Both the position numbers and the translations under genes were made by a program. A model generated the notes under the pieces. That model saw only the letters and a program-made list of their open reading frames with translations. It was not told the origin of the DNA and did not search any database. A stretch of 64,000 nucleotides of DNA from an uncultured delta proteobacterium (lineage in GTDB: Bacteria > Myxococcota_A > Polyangia > Polyangiales > Polyangiaceae), in assembly GCA_963716725.1 (NCBI GenBank), contig CAVQUB010000001.1, forward strand, positions 96,001 to 160,000, given 5' to 3'. Each line of letters begins with the position of its first letter. The first letter of the stretch is position 1. Positions 31,867-42,145 of the stretch are shown piece after piece.

Positions 31867-31882
31867 TGGCATGCCTCATGCA
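31867..31882 (+). promoter_or_regulatory. Probable sigma54 -24/-12 promoter
   Basis: TGGCATGCCTCATGCA (GG-N10-GC) upstream of the PL1-like gene; TGTC-N10-GACA at 31824-31841. Confidence 0.55.
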
Positions 31883-33293
31883 CATCCGGCCCGCTGTCCA
31901 ATGATGACTAGGGAGCGAGCATCCGGGATGGCACGACACGGCCGACAGGTTTCCGGTGGTTTGCTGGCAGTGGCTTTGTTTTCGGAAAAGCGCGTCGCCA
32001 AGAGCCACATCCGTCGTGTTTCGCTGTTCCTGCTGCTCTTCACCGCGTGTTCCTCAGATCCGGATCCAACCAATGCCGGGCGTGCGGACGGTGGTTTGAG
32101 CCCTGATGCCGCGACGGACTCGCCCGAGTTGGACGGGGCTGGCGATCCAGATGGACCGGACGCGGCTACCTGTGTGGATCGCGTCAGCTCCCTCTTCGCG
32201 GAGCGCTTTGGCTACGGCGCTCAGACAACCGGCGGTGAGGGTGGGATCTTCACCAAGATCACTAGCTTGACTGGCGATTCGCTGCTCACGGCACTGACGG
32301 ATGACAAGGCACGCTGGATCTACTTTGACCCGGCGCTTGATGGTCAAACGTGGTCCGTCCCGGAATCGGTGGCGCTCGGCCCCAACAAGACGATCGACGG
32401 ACGGGGCGTAAAGATCACTTGGCAGTACGGTTATCCGAACAACAACCTGAGCATCAACTCTCCGCCGGTCACTGCACCCGCGAAGAACGGGCAACTCAAC
32501 GCGCAGCGCGGCAACTTGATCATGACCGGCATCCGCCACGTGGGCGACCTGGGTTGGCCCTACACCTACGAGAGTCCGTACTTTTCGAATGGTGCGACGG
32601 ATGGTCTCGAGATTTGGTCGGGGAAGAAATACTGGATCCACAAGAACACTTGGTCCCGCATGTCGGATGAGAGCCTTGGCATCTATCACCTCAACGACGC
32701 CGACCCGGACAACATCACCTTCAGCCACAACTTGTTTATCGAAACGAAGACGGCTTCCCTCATCGGCGCGAATGGGATTCAACCGAACAAGGGTCGCGTA
32801 ACGCTCGCATTCAACGACTTCCGAGAAATGGTGAACGGACGCGCGCCCGGTGAGTTTCGCAACATGTTCGCTCACGTGTTCAACAATGTAGTGAACTACG
32901 TGAACGATGAAGGGGTCCGTGTCGCGGAGGGAGCCACCGTCTACTCCCAGTTCAACTATCTGAACCTGGGCTGCAATCCAGGCGTCTCAGGTCCCCGCTT
33001 TGCATTGGGCGTTCTCGACCCCAATCCTGCCCTCGGCGAAACCGGCGTTCTCTTTTCCGATGGCGACATCGTGCCGAAGGAAGTCGCGAACTGCATGTTC
33101 ACCACCAACTCCGGCTACAGCTCACCACCCGCGGCGCCTCCTGTAGGCCGTCACCCTCCGTCGTGATCCCCCGCGGTCGTGGTGTCGGTCTGGGCGCTCG
33201 TTGTTTCGGGTGAGCCGGGTTCGGACTCCGGAGAGCTTCGCCGTTCTTTTTTCCTGAGAGGCTGATCCGCGGAAAGCTGATCGCCGGAGAAGG

Positions 33294-33971
33294 TTGGTCC
33301 GTCGCGGTAGCACCCGCACGGACCCGGCCAGCGAAGGATTGGTTGTCCGTTACGAGACGACCCTCACCAGCGAGCGGTACGTTACCGAGCAGGCGTGGCG
33401 GGCCGCAAGTTTGGAGCGGTGCCCGCTGCACCCGGAGGGCGGCTGCGGTCTCGCGGGGCACGGGAGCTACGGTCGGGTCCGCCCCGTCGGCGTCCGCGTC
33501 GCCCGGTTCTGGTGCCCGCGGGCTCGGGTGACTATCAGCCTTTTGCCTGATTTTCTGGCTTCCCGACTGTCGGGCACGCTCGAGGAGGTCGAGCGGGCCG
33601 TCGAGGTGGCCGAGGGCGCCAAGAGTCTGGAGGCGGTCGCCGAGAAGGTGCGCCCCGCGATCGCAGCGGACGCGGTGACGCTTCCAAGCGCGCTGCGGTG
33701 GCTCCGGCGGCGGCGTGTTGCTGTCCACGCGGCGCTCGTGGCGGCAGTGACGCTGGTGCCGGCGCTCACGGGCTGCCCGGCGACGCTTGGCGCGGTGCGG
33801 CAACGACTCGGGGTGTCGGATGCGCTCGTGGCGCTGCGGTCGGCCGCGGCCATTCACCTGGCCGCCATGCCAGCGCCGGTCGGACTGCGGGCGCGAGGGC
33901 GAGCGCGGCAAGCATCGCGAGAGCCGACCCCACACGAAACGGGGCCGGACCCTCCTCGGCGGGACCGATAG
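33294..33971 (+). CDS. Transposon orf1, Cys/His (Zn-binding-like) protein
   Basis: CPLHPEGGC..HGSYGR, RFWCP..TISLLPDFLA; start uncertain. Confidence 0.75.
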   Translation: MVRRGSTRTDPASEGLVVRYETTLTSERYVTEQAWRAASLERCPLHPEGGCGLAGHGSYGRVRPVGVRVARFWCPRARVTISLLPDFLASRLSGTLEEVERAVEVAEGAKSLEAVAEKVRPAIAADAVTLPSALRWLRRRRVAVHAALVAAVTLVPALTGCPATLGAVRQRLGVSDALVALRSAAAIHLAAMPAPVGLRARGRARQASREPTPHETGPDPPRRDR

Positions 33972-34022
33972 CGGGTTGGTGTGCCCGGGACGGACCCGGG
34001 CCGACACCGAAAGAGAACTCCG

Positions 34023-35426
34023 ATGAGGACACCGACCCCCGAAAACGAACGCACGCTCGCTGACGCCGAGCGCAGAAAGCAGATCGCGCTGTTCCGTTAT
34101 GGCGTGATCGCAGATCTGCTCCACCTCGAGCGCGGTGCGCGCGGCATGTACGCGAAGCTGCGCGAGAAGGCGGAGAAGGACTGGGAGATCCCCGGAACGC
34201 TCCGGCGGAAGGTCCAGGCCGAAACGATCCGCGGATGGCTTGCGGACTACCGACGCGGCGGCTTCGACGCCCTTGTCCCGAAGATCCGACGGGACGAGGG
34301 CTCGGCTCGCGCCATTCCCCGGGAGATCGCGGATCTGCTCTGCGAGACGAAAGAGCAGCACGCGGACTTCAGCGTCGGACTCGTCATCGCGCACGTGACG
34401 CGCTTCGCGAAGATCCCGGAGGGGGTCACGCTTGCGCCATCGACGGTGCACCGGATCTTGTCTCGGGCCGGACTCATGCAGAAGAAGCAGGGCGAGCCGA
34501 CGGCGAAGGACCGCCGACGCTTCGCCTTCGAGAAGGCGGGCGAACTGTGGATGAGCGACGTGATGCACGGCCCCGCCGTCGCCGTGTCCGGGCGGCAGCG
34601 GAAGACGTACCTGCTCGCCGTCATCGACGACGCGACACGGATGGTGCCGTATGCGGCCTTCGCGCTCAGCGAGAACGCCGCGACCCTTCTCAGCGTGCTC
34701 GAGCAAGGGATCTGCCGCCGCGGGATCCCCAAGCGGCTTTACGTCGACAACGGTGCCGCCTTCAAAGCACAGCACCTGGCGCTCGTGTGCGCGAAGCTCG
34801 GCATCACCTTGATCCACGCGCGTCCCTACACGCCCCAGGGAAAAGGAAAGATGGAGCGGTGGTTTCGGACCGTGCGTCTTCAGCTCCTGCCGACGCTCCA
34901 GCCCGAGGACAGGCGGAGTCTCGAAGCACTCAACCGCCGTCTCTGGGCGTGGGTCGAGGGTGAGTATCATCGGAGTCCCCACCGCGGACTCGACGGTGAG
35001 ACGCCCGCGGATCGCTGGGCGATGCGCTCAGACGAGGTGCGCCAGTCGTCGAGCGACCTCGCCGATCTGTTTCTCTTCGAGCAGAAGCGCCGTGTGCAGG
35101 CCGACCGCACCGTGTCGCTCGACAGCGTGGCCTACGAAGTGGACGCGATGCTCGTCGGCGAGACCGTCGTCCTTCGCTTCGATCCGGCGCGTCCGCGAGA
35201 GACACGTGCCGTCCAGGTCTGGCATCGCGGAAAGCAGATCCAGATCGCTCGCCGTGTCGACGTCTACGCCAACTGTTTCGTCCGACGCGATCACACGACG
35301 AAGGCCCTGCATCCATCTCAGCCCGTGGACGAGCCGCCCCCCGGCATGCGCTTGAGCGACTTCGACTTCGATGTCGGGGACAACCAGCAGGGCGGCGCTG
35401 GCGACGACGAGGGGGACCTCCTCTGA
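34023..35426 (+). CDS. DDE integrase-fold transposase with Mu-like C-terminal domain
   Basis: ALFRYGVI, WMSDVMHG, IDDATR, LYVDNG, GKGKMERWFRT, YHRSPH, RRVQADRTVSL. Confidence 0.92.
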   Translation: MRTPTPENERTLADAERRKQIALFRYGVIADLLHLERGARGMYAKLREKAEKDWEIPGTLRRKVQAETIRGWLADYRRGGFDALVPKIRRDEGSARAIPREIADLLCETKEQHADFSVGLVIAHVTRFAKIPEGVTLAPSTVHRILSRAGLMQKKQGEPTAKDRRRFAFEKAGELWMSDVMHGPAVAVSGRQRKTYLLAVIDDATRMVPYAAFALSENAATLLSVLEQGICRRGIPKRLYVDNGAAFKAQHLALVCAKLGITLIHARPYTPQGKGKMERWFRTVRLQLLPTLQPEDRRSLEALNRRLWAWVEGEYHRSPHRGLDGETPADRWAMRSDEVRQSSSDLADLFLFEQKRRVQADRTVSLDSVAYEVDAMLVGETVVLRFDPARPRETRAVQVWHRGKQIQIARRVDVYANCFVRRDHTTKALHPSQPVDEPPPGMRLSDFDFDVGDNQQGGAGDDEGDLL

Positions 35427-36223
35427 TGTACCGCAAGCACTTCGGCCTCACCCGCCACCCCTTCGCCAAAAACATCGAGCCCGACGAGCTCTTCGCCTCC
35501 GGTGCGCTCCGAGAACTCGACGCCCGGCTCGCCCATCTCCTCGACTTGCGCGGCATCGGTGTGGTCACCGGTGAGAGCGGCAGCGGCAAGACCACCGCGT
35601 GTCGGAAGATCGTCGCCGGTCTCCACACGGGTCTGCACCGCGTCCTCTACGTGTCGCTCACCACCGGCAACGTGATGGATCTCTACAAGACCATCGCCTG
35701 GGAGATCGGCCTACCCACCGAGCGCAACCGCGCCGCACTGTTCCGGCAGATCCGGACCGAGGTGACGCGGCTCTGCAGCGAGGCCCGGCAGAAACCGATC
35801 CTGATCGTGGACGAAGCTCATCACCTCAGGAGCGACGTGCTCGAGGACCTGCGCCTGCTCACCAACTACGCGATGGACTCCGACAACCGCCTCTGCCTGG
35901 TCCTCGTCGGACACCCGGAACTGCGCCGCCGCCTCGGCATGGCGGTGCACGAGGCGCTCTCGCAGCGCGTCGTCGTGCGCGCTCACGTCCCGGGTCTTGC
36001 CCGTGACGAGCTCGGCCCGTACCTCACGCACCTGCTCCGACTCGCCGGAACCGAGCTCGAACTCTTCGAGCCCGCAACCCAGGAGGCGATCTTCCAGGCG
36101 TCGAACGGCCTGCCCCGGAAGGTGAACCTGCTCGCTCACCACGCGCTCATGGCCGCCGCGCTCACCAAGAGCAGGACCGTCACGACCGAGCACATCCAGT
36201 CCGCCATGGCCGAAGTCACCTGA
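35426..36223 (+). CDS. ExeA-like AAA+ ATPase (transposition helper)
   Basis: MYRKHFGL..PF, GESGSGKT, LIVDEAH, GLPRKVN; TGATG coupling to the transposase. Confidence 0.92.
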   Translation: MYRKHFGLTRHPFAKNIEPDELFASGALRELDARLAHLLDLRGIGVVTGESGSGKTTACRKIVAGLHTGLHRVLYVSLTTGNVMDLYKTIAWEIGLPTERNRAALFRQIRTEVTRLCSEARQKPILIVDEAHHLRSDVLEDLRLLTNYAMDSDNRLCLVLVGHPELRRRLGMAVHEALSQRVVVRAHVPGLARDELGPYLTHLLRLAGTELELFEPATQEAIFQASNGLPRKVNLLAHHALMAAALTKSRTVTTEHIQSAMAEVT

Positions 36224-36617
36224 GCCCAGCGCCCGGCGACGGTCCACAAGGCCCGGCGGAGATCCACGTCTCCGTCGGGCCGCTCCCTTTCTGCCACCAC
36301 CTCGCCACGCCCACTCGACCACCGCACTCCGGGAAACCACCCCGAGGGCATCACGAAAATGCCCGGGATTCGGGCGGGGGAAGAGCGTGGGAAACTACAC
36401 CTCCCTTCGCGATCCCCACGGACGCGGCGTACCAAAACTACACACTGCTGACGGGAACCGGTCCTGAGATCGACGCTTTTGTCACGGCGAACTCGGGGGC
36501 AGGCTCCGCAACCAGCCACGCATTCTGCGACCCGCCGTAGGCACGTCGACTCGCTGCCTGCGATCCACGTTCGCGGGCGTGCCCGTCCATCTCGCAGAAC
36601 CGCTTTCCGTGCCTTCG

Positions 36618-37919
36618 CTACGGCCCATGAGACAACACGAAATCCCTATACTTCGTGGTCTGATTCCAAGTCGACGTATAGACAACCTGAGTCCCGCTTG
36701 GCGACGCCGAGAGCTTAGGTTGTGCGTCGTAGTCATAGTTGTTGTAGTCGGCCACGTATTCACGGACAAATCCCCAGTCCTCATACGTCGTCGTCGATTC
36801 GTAATCCAAGCGTATCGAGATGGCTTTCTGGCCTCCACGGGCTGTGGATAGATAGGCCCACCCAGGACGCTTGTAGTTCGTACAACTGACGTGACCGTTT
36901 CCCGTCTTGAAGGTCTGTTTCGTGTGGTGAAGCCCGTCCTTCAATCGAACAAATGTCACGGTATTGCCTGTGTCGAAAAGGACGGCCACCTGGTCGCCGT
37001 TCACGTCCACACACAGGTCCGTATGCCCGGACATTTTGGTGTGTACAACGTTGTCAAAATTCCGATCCGAATAGCGAGTGACGCCTCCCGACAGCCAAAC
37101 CAAGAATTGGCCGTCCTGTGATATGTCGGCCCCGTTGAGCCCCCCGGTCACGGTGTATGGCCCCGAAATGACTTTCTTGTTTTGTATGTCGAGCACGCGA
37201 AGCCGCTGCCCGGAGTCCACAAGAGCGAATCGGTCGTCCGTACTGATGCCACCTTCCCATTGCCCTAGCAGTATGGGTTCGCCCACGTCCACGATCAGCT
37301 CGGTAGCGCCTGTGCTGATCCTCCCCCTCAAGAACTGAGATCCAGAGGTGCCATAAATCAGGTCGGGATCAGAGTGAGAGGGAACCCACTCGGATGACAT
37401 CATTGTCTTGATATCTCGTACGATTGACAGATCGGAAACTCTGAGTGCTTTCTCGCCGATGTATAGAATCGTTTCATCCGAGTTCCAGGCTTGGCGCCGA
37501 GAATACTGGTGACGTTGGCCAGGCGCACTTACGCCGCGAATGCACGTTCCTGGAAGATCACCTTGAATGGTTTGACCCACACCAGGAACTGTTAACGCCT
37601 TTTCCGTGAGCAGAGGAGACTGCGTCACGGGTGGGTATGGCGCCCCTACTCCGTCCGGCCAGCCGCAGGGCGACTGCCAAACCGCACCAGCGGAACCAGC
37701 GTAGCCACCGCCGACGCCGGCACCACCACCGCCGACGCCGGCACCACCACCACCGACGCCGGCACCACCCACGTGGCTTCCGCCCGCGTCGCAGCTGGAA
37801 CAGCCCCCCGAGCCGCCGCTGGGGGAAACATCACTTCCCGCGCTGTCGCCGCAAGCTGCGACGCTGACAGCGGACAAGACGAAGCTCGTGACGTAGCCAA
37901 GCGTCTTGCGGTTGTTCAT
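36618..37919 (-). CDS. Gly-linker lipoprotein, beta-propeller
   Basis: Lipobox VAAC; YSRRQAWNSDET, DISQDG, GHVSC, SASPSGTQVVYTSTW. Confidence 0.8.
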   Translation of the reverse strand: MNNRKTLGYVTSFVLSAVSVAACGDSAGSDVSPSGGSGGCSSCDAGGSHVGGAGVGGGGAGVGGGGAGVGGGYAGSAGAVWQSPCGWPDGVGAPYPPVTQSPLLTEKALTVPGVGQTIQGDLPGTCIRGVSAPGQRHQYSRRQAWNSDETILYIGEKALRVSDLSIVRDIKTMMSSEWVPSHSDPDLIYGTSGSQFLRGRISTGATELIVDVGEPILLGQWEGGISTDDRFALVDSGQRLRVLDIQNKKVISGPYTVTGGLNGADISQDGQFLVWLSGGVTRYSDRNFDNVVHTKMSGHTDLCVDVNGDQVAVLFDTGNTVTFVRLKDGLHHTKQTFKTGNGHVSCTNYKRPGWAYLSTARGGQKAISIRLDYESTTTYEDWGFVREYVADYNNYDYDAQPKLSASPSGTQVVYTSTWNQTTKYRDFVLSHGP

Positions 37920-37933
37920 GGTCCGATGGATTG

Positions 37934-37949
37934 AGCAAACACCGTGCCA
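37934..37949 (-). promoter_or_regulatory. sigma54 -24/-12 promoter
   Basis: Minus strand TGGCACGGTGTTTGCT, full consensus. Confidence 0.85.
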
Positions 37950-37973
37950 GACGCTCGACACTCGGGCGCATAG

Positions 37974-38420
37974 TCGTCAGGGACGACCGCGAGCGAGAAG
38001 TGCCCCATGAACCCTTGGCCTGCCATGCCCACCCTGCCGAGCCCCTGGCGCTTATCGCCCAAGAACCGAAACTCCGTCGTGTCGTGGATCACGATCACCT
38101 CGTCGTGCTCCGCAACCCGACGCACTGTGGCGCTGACGTGCGGCCGGAGCACCTCGTCGAAGCTCACCTTCTCGTTCCGAACGAAGCGGGAGAAGCCTTC
38201 GAGTTCTGCCTCAGAGCCCATCATGTCGGGAAAGGCATCGCGCGGATTCGCGTCCGCTGCTCGCGCGATCCGCTCCAGTCGGGCGTTCAGCCGCCGATCC
38301 CCAAGCTCAGCCCCTTCGAACTCCGTCGCCACAGACACTCGCACCTTCGCCTTCGCTCTTGCCATGCTCTCCGGACGCACCGGAGGACGAAACTGATCAA
38401 AAGATGTGACTGGTCGTGAG
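37974..38420 (-). mobile_element. IS4-family (IS50/Tn5-like) remnant: probable left end and transposase N-terminus (ATG 38365)
   Basis: EFEGAELGDRRLNARL, RFVRNEKVS, IHDTTEF. Confidence 0.85.
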
Positions 38421-38439
38421 CCGACGGGGGATGACGGGG

Positions 38440-38706
38440 GCCCGCTGCCATTGCGGCCACAGTCGGCGAAGCGCAACCCAGAGCAAACGGTCCGAGCGGG
38501 TGATCCGAGGCCGCTTCGCCTGTCGGTGGAGCACGGCCAGCTGGTGGCGCAGTGCGACGCTCTCGAGCGCGACGGACTGGTGAGAACGCAGGAAGGACAG
38601 GGCGGAGTGAAGCAGCGCAAGGAGGACCGCACGCATGGGGAACCGAGTCTCATCTCTTGCCGGGAAAGCGCAAGGACCCCACGACGCACTGGGTCGCCAC
38701 CCACAG
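38440..38706 (-). mobile_element. Repeat family A: left end and N-terminus of an integrase-core element
   Basis: Terminal ...gccacccacag; LESVALRHQLAVLHRQAKRPRITRSDRLLWVAL. Confidence 0.85.
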
Positions 38707-39011
38707 GGGCTGGTGCTGCTCGGCGGTGGCATTTACGCGTGGCAGTGGGTCGGCGGCGGCTTCGCCAGGGGGCGGGGTTGACGGTGCTCGGCCTGCTCTT
38801 CATCAAGCGCGACTGGGCGCAGGGGCTGAGTCTCACGTTGATTTGTTTGTGTGCCGAGGCGCTGGTCATCGACACCTTTTCCGAGCGCCGAGCACGGATC
38901 TTTGCCGCAACCATCGGTGGTGGAGCGTCCGCCACCGCCGAAGCCAAGAACTAGGCTGGCCACCGTGTCGCAACGACAACCGCCGGACGGGCGGTAGGGA
39001 CCCCACCGAGA

Positions 39012-40400
39012 ATGCGAAAAGGCCTAGCTATAGCGTTGCTGCTCGCGTTGACGGCGTGCGACCGGTCGTCGCGCGCGCCGGCGCCGGTCGCCAGCACGTC
39101 GGCATCGTCGAAGGTTACGAGTACCGCCCTCGACGCGGCTGAGATGGCAAAAGCAACGAAGCGCGCCGAACGGGTCGCCAAGTGTGTGGGAAACGTGGCC
39201 CAGTCGGAAACGATCTGGGCTGACACCTGCCTGGTCCGCGACCTGCCGCTCGACGTCGTCGACCACGTGCCTCGCATCGCGCCGCGGGGCACTTTGCACG
39301 CTGCGGCAGCAACGCTTTCGTTCTCGTTGGCGATGGACTTCGAATCCGCCGCCTACCGCCCCACGCTGCTGCTGCATGACGGGGACCGCGTTGCGGTGCT
39401 CGGCATGTTCGAGGCAAGGGGAGGCTCGATCGCCGTTCCGGCGGCGGGCACGTTGGCGCTCGACGACAAGAGCCGCATTAGCGCGGCGCGTCTCTGGTTC
39501 GATCAGCGCGTGGCGCGGGGGCAGGTGACCGGCCGGCCGTCGGCGGATGCTGGCGTTTCGGCCGCCCTGGGCGCCAAACTGCGCATCGTGGTGGCGAAGC
39601 GGGACGCCGCAGAAGCCGCGCGGTTGGCGGTCTTCGGTCGCGCCCTGGCGGCAACTCGCGAAGGCAAGACGTCGGCGCTGGCTGGGCTGTACGCCGAAAC
39701 CGCGACGCTTCACGACCTGGGCCCGGGAACGCGGCTGCGCGGAGCGCACGAGATCGCCGCGCTGCTCGGCCGCGAGCGCGTCGTCGACGTTGACCGTCGC
39801 TGGGCCGCTGGCAACTATGTGGTGGCGGAGTTGCGGCGTCGCGGCGCTGCGGGGCCGGCCACTGCTTCCCTGGAGGTCATGGCCTTCGACGCGGGCCGCA
39901 TCAGCGAGCACTGGCTGTTTCGCAATCGCTTGCGGGCGGACCTGGCGGCCGGCCTGGCGCAGCCCCCGCCGGCCCGCAACAACGCGGCGTCGGTGCGCGC
40001 CGCGGGCAGCCCGACGCTACTGGAAGGCTTGCCGCACCCGGGCGGTGAGGCCGAACTCTTGGCGGCGGAGAAGCAGAAGCGCGTCCTCGAGCTGCACGGT
40101 CATCCTTTCTACACGGAGCGGATCGAGCCCAAGGCCGCCGACGCCGTTTGGCTCACAGAACTACTCGTCGACGCGACGGCGTTGCGGCCCTTTTCCGGTG
40201 AGAAGAAATGTGGCGGGTTCCATCCCGACTTCGCTGTCCGCTGGCAGCACGGCGCGAAACGCTACGACGCGCTGGTGTGCTTCGGCTGCGGGGAACTGAA
40301 GTGGATCGTCGACGGTAAGAGCACGCGCTACGACATGGCGCACTGGGCTCGCCTCAACTTGGAAACCGCACTGCGCGGGTATCGCAATCAGCGGCCCTAA
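39012..40400 (+). CDS. Lipoprotein, possible SnoaL/NTF2-like domains plus C-terminal domain
   Basis: Lipobox LTAC; LYAETATLHD..RGAHEI, GRISEHWLF; KKCGGFHPDF, VCFGCGE. Confidence 0.7.
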   Translation: MRKGLAIALLLALTACDRSSRAPAPVASTSASSKVTSTALDAAEMAKATKRAERVAKCVGNVAQSETIWADTCLVRDLPLDVVDHVPRIAPRGTLHAAAATLSFSLAMDFESAAYRPTLLLHDGDRVAVLGMFEARGGSIAVPAAGTLALDDKSRISAARLWFDQRVARGQVTGRPSADAGVSAALGAKLRIVVAKRDAAEAARLAVFGRALAATREGKTSALAGLYAETATLHDLGPGTRLRGAHEIAALLGRERVVDVDRRWAAGNYVVAELRRRGAAGPATASLEVMAFDAGRISEHWLFRNRLRADLAAGLAQPPPARNNAASVRAAGSPTLLEGLPHPGGEAELLAAEKQKRVLELHGHPFYTERIEPKAADAVWLTELLVDATALRPFSGEKKCGGFHPDFAVRWQHGAKRYDALVCFGCGELKWIVDGKSTRYDMAHWARLNLETALRGYRNQRP

Positions 40401-40840
40401 AATCGGCCCTGGACGAGCACCCGGCTTGGACCGACCCCGACCTCCGAACGCGCTCAACTTGAGCTGCTCCTCTCCCGACGGGCGCGTCATTTTACGCGTC
40501 TACCAGCTGGATGCGTACGTGGTGATGGAGGTCCACGGAAAGGGCGATGTGGCTCCGTCGCTGCCTGCAATCAATCGCTTCAAGTTGCCACAGGATGCGG
40601 GCGTTCGCTTGCGGACGCGTGTCACGACGCGGGTCGAACTGAATCCGTCGGGCGGGCCCTAGTTTGCACGGGAACGGCTCAATCGCGTCGGGCCTGCCGG
40701 CAGCGGTCGCGCCTTTCGCGTGGGCCAGCCGCTGATCGGCATTGGGGATTTGTGGTCAGCGGAAGGCAGGACTCGAGCCGCCATCCCACTTCACCGTGCA
40801 GACGCGGCTGTCCGGCGTAGCGCACAGAGCGGTGGGTGCG

Positions 40841-41428
40841 CTACGATTTGATGTAGCCGAAGACATAACGGCAGTTCGTGAGAACCGTGCCGTTCTCGTT
40901 CTTGACGATATAATTCACCGTCCCAGACAGGACGCCATTGGCCACCGTGAAGAAGAAGAGCTTCGTGAGCGTGTTGCCCTGAGCGTCGGGCGGTGAGGCG
41001 CACGTCTTCTCGGAGCCGCAGGCTTCTGGCGTGGCGCTCGTGGTGCAACTCGCACCCGAGTCCAGGAACGCCGTCCCCTGGCTGGCGGCGACCGTCACGG
41101 TGTGATCGGGAACGGCTGGGCACTTTTCGGGCGGCGAGAGCGAGTTGCTCTCGGTAAAATGACCCGCGTACGTCCCCGGAGCGAGATCACAGACGTCGTT
41201 CGAATTGCCATCGTCACTTGCGTCCTGACCCGTGTCCGGACCGTCCGTGGGCCCGCTACCACCGCTGCTGTTCGCGTCGAGGACGCTGGCATCGCCGGCG
41301 CCGGCGCCGGTGCCGGTGCCGGTGCCAGCACCCGAGCAGCTGGCAACGAGCACGACGGCCAGTGCGAGCAGAAAAACTTTGGGACGCAAGTCGACGAGGC
41401 TCACTGAAGTACGGATTTCCGCGTGCAC
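40841..41428 (-). CDS. Putative lipoprotein (start uncertain)
   Basis: Lipobox VASC, Gly/Asp linker, Cys-containing domain. Confidence 0.7.
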   Translation of the reverse strand: MHAEIRTSVSLVDLRPKVFLLALAVVLVASCSGAGTGTGTGAGAGDASVLDANSSGGSGPTDGPDTGQDASDDGNSNDVCDLAPGTYAGHFTESNSLSPPEKCPAVPDHTVTVAASQGTAFLDSGASCTTSATPEACGSEKTCASPPDAQGNTLTKLFFFTVANGVLSGTVNYIVKNENGTVLTNCRYVFGYIKS

Positions 41429-41708
41429 GCTGGCAGTTCGGGCGAGGTGAGAGGGGTTGAGCGCATGGAGGTAGTCCGTTCCAGCTCTCTTACGCCTTTC
41501 ACGTCACAGATCTTCCGGAGTTGCGTGGTGGACGGGAAAGCCAAACAGGGGCGCTCGTGGGGTTGCCCTGCGATTCGTAACAGAAGGGATGGAGTGGCGA
41601 GCCCACTGCATAGCGCTTCGCTCACGGCGCTCGCGATGGCGGGAGGGGTCATCACGACCATCGCTCGCCACGCTGGCGCGTGCTGCGGCTGCCCGCCGCG
41701 CTCGTGGC

Positions 41709-41981
41709 GCGGGACATCGCCGAAGCGGTGCGTCGGGTGGGCGAGGCCCTCAGCCCTTCGCCCCCATCAACCGCGCCGCCTCGATCGCGCCATACGTATT
41801 GTCCTGCCTCCCCCGGTCGTTGCTCGCGGCGCTGCGCGCCGCTGTGCGCCGCCTGCCCCCTCCTTGTCCGGCAAGCGCCGCCAGCGGTCGAGAGCTACGA
41901 GCAGGTGGAGTTGCTCCGCGGCTGAGTCGCCGACACGACCGCCGCCGACGCTTGCGCGGACGGAGGGGGCGCGTTGATCCG
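41709..41981 (+). repeat. Repeat family C copy
   Basis: Matches 22475-22777. Confidence 0.9.
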
Positions 41982-42145
41982 GGACCGTGTGAGCTGTCGC
42001 GGCTACTTCGCACATCCGCAACATGCAGTCCGTTCAGAACGGGGCTCCCGACCACGGCTCCGCGTCCCGTCGCCGCCGATGACCGCCCGATCGGGATGAG
42101 CTGACCAATCCCCCGGTGAGTTCGCCCGCGATCGAAATCCTGGCG

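Larger units (their letters stand above)
33142..36399 (+). mobile_element. Intact three-gene transposon, TGTAG...CTACA ends, 5-bp target duplication CCTCC
   Basis: cctcc|tgtag at 33137-33146 and ctaca|cctcc at 36395-36404; host frame restored on removal. Confidence 0.92.
31901..36540 (+). pseudogene. PL1-like pectate lyase lipoprotein split by a transposon (5' part 31901-33141, 3' part 36405-36540)
   Basis: FGYGAQTTGGEGG, NKTIDGRG, YWIHKN, VTLAFN, AHVFNN; removing the element restores the frame to ...VTANSGAG...*. Confidence 0.85.

Noticed and set aside
35426..36223. ExeA as part of a type II secretion system
   Set aside because: Lies inside the transposon, coupled to the transposase; no other secretion genes
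33130..36429. 7-bp direct repeat CGCGGCG as the transposon target duplication
   Set aside because: It also restores the frame, but CCTCC abutting TGTAG/CTACA ends explains the boundaries better; the 7-mer is two Ala-Ala codon pairs
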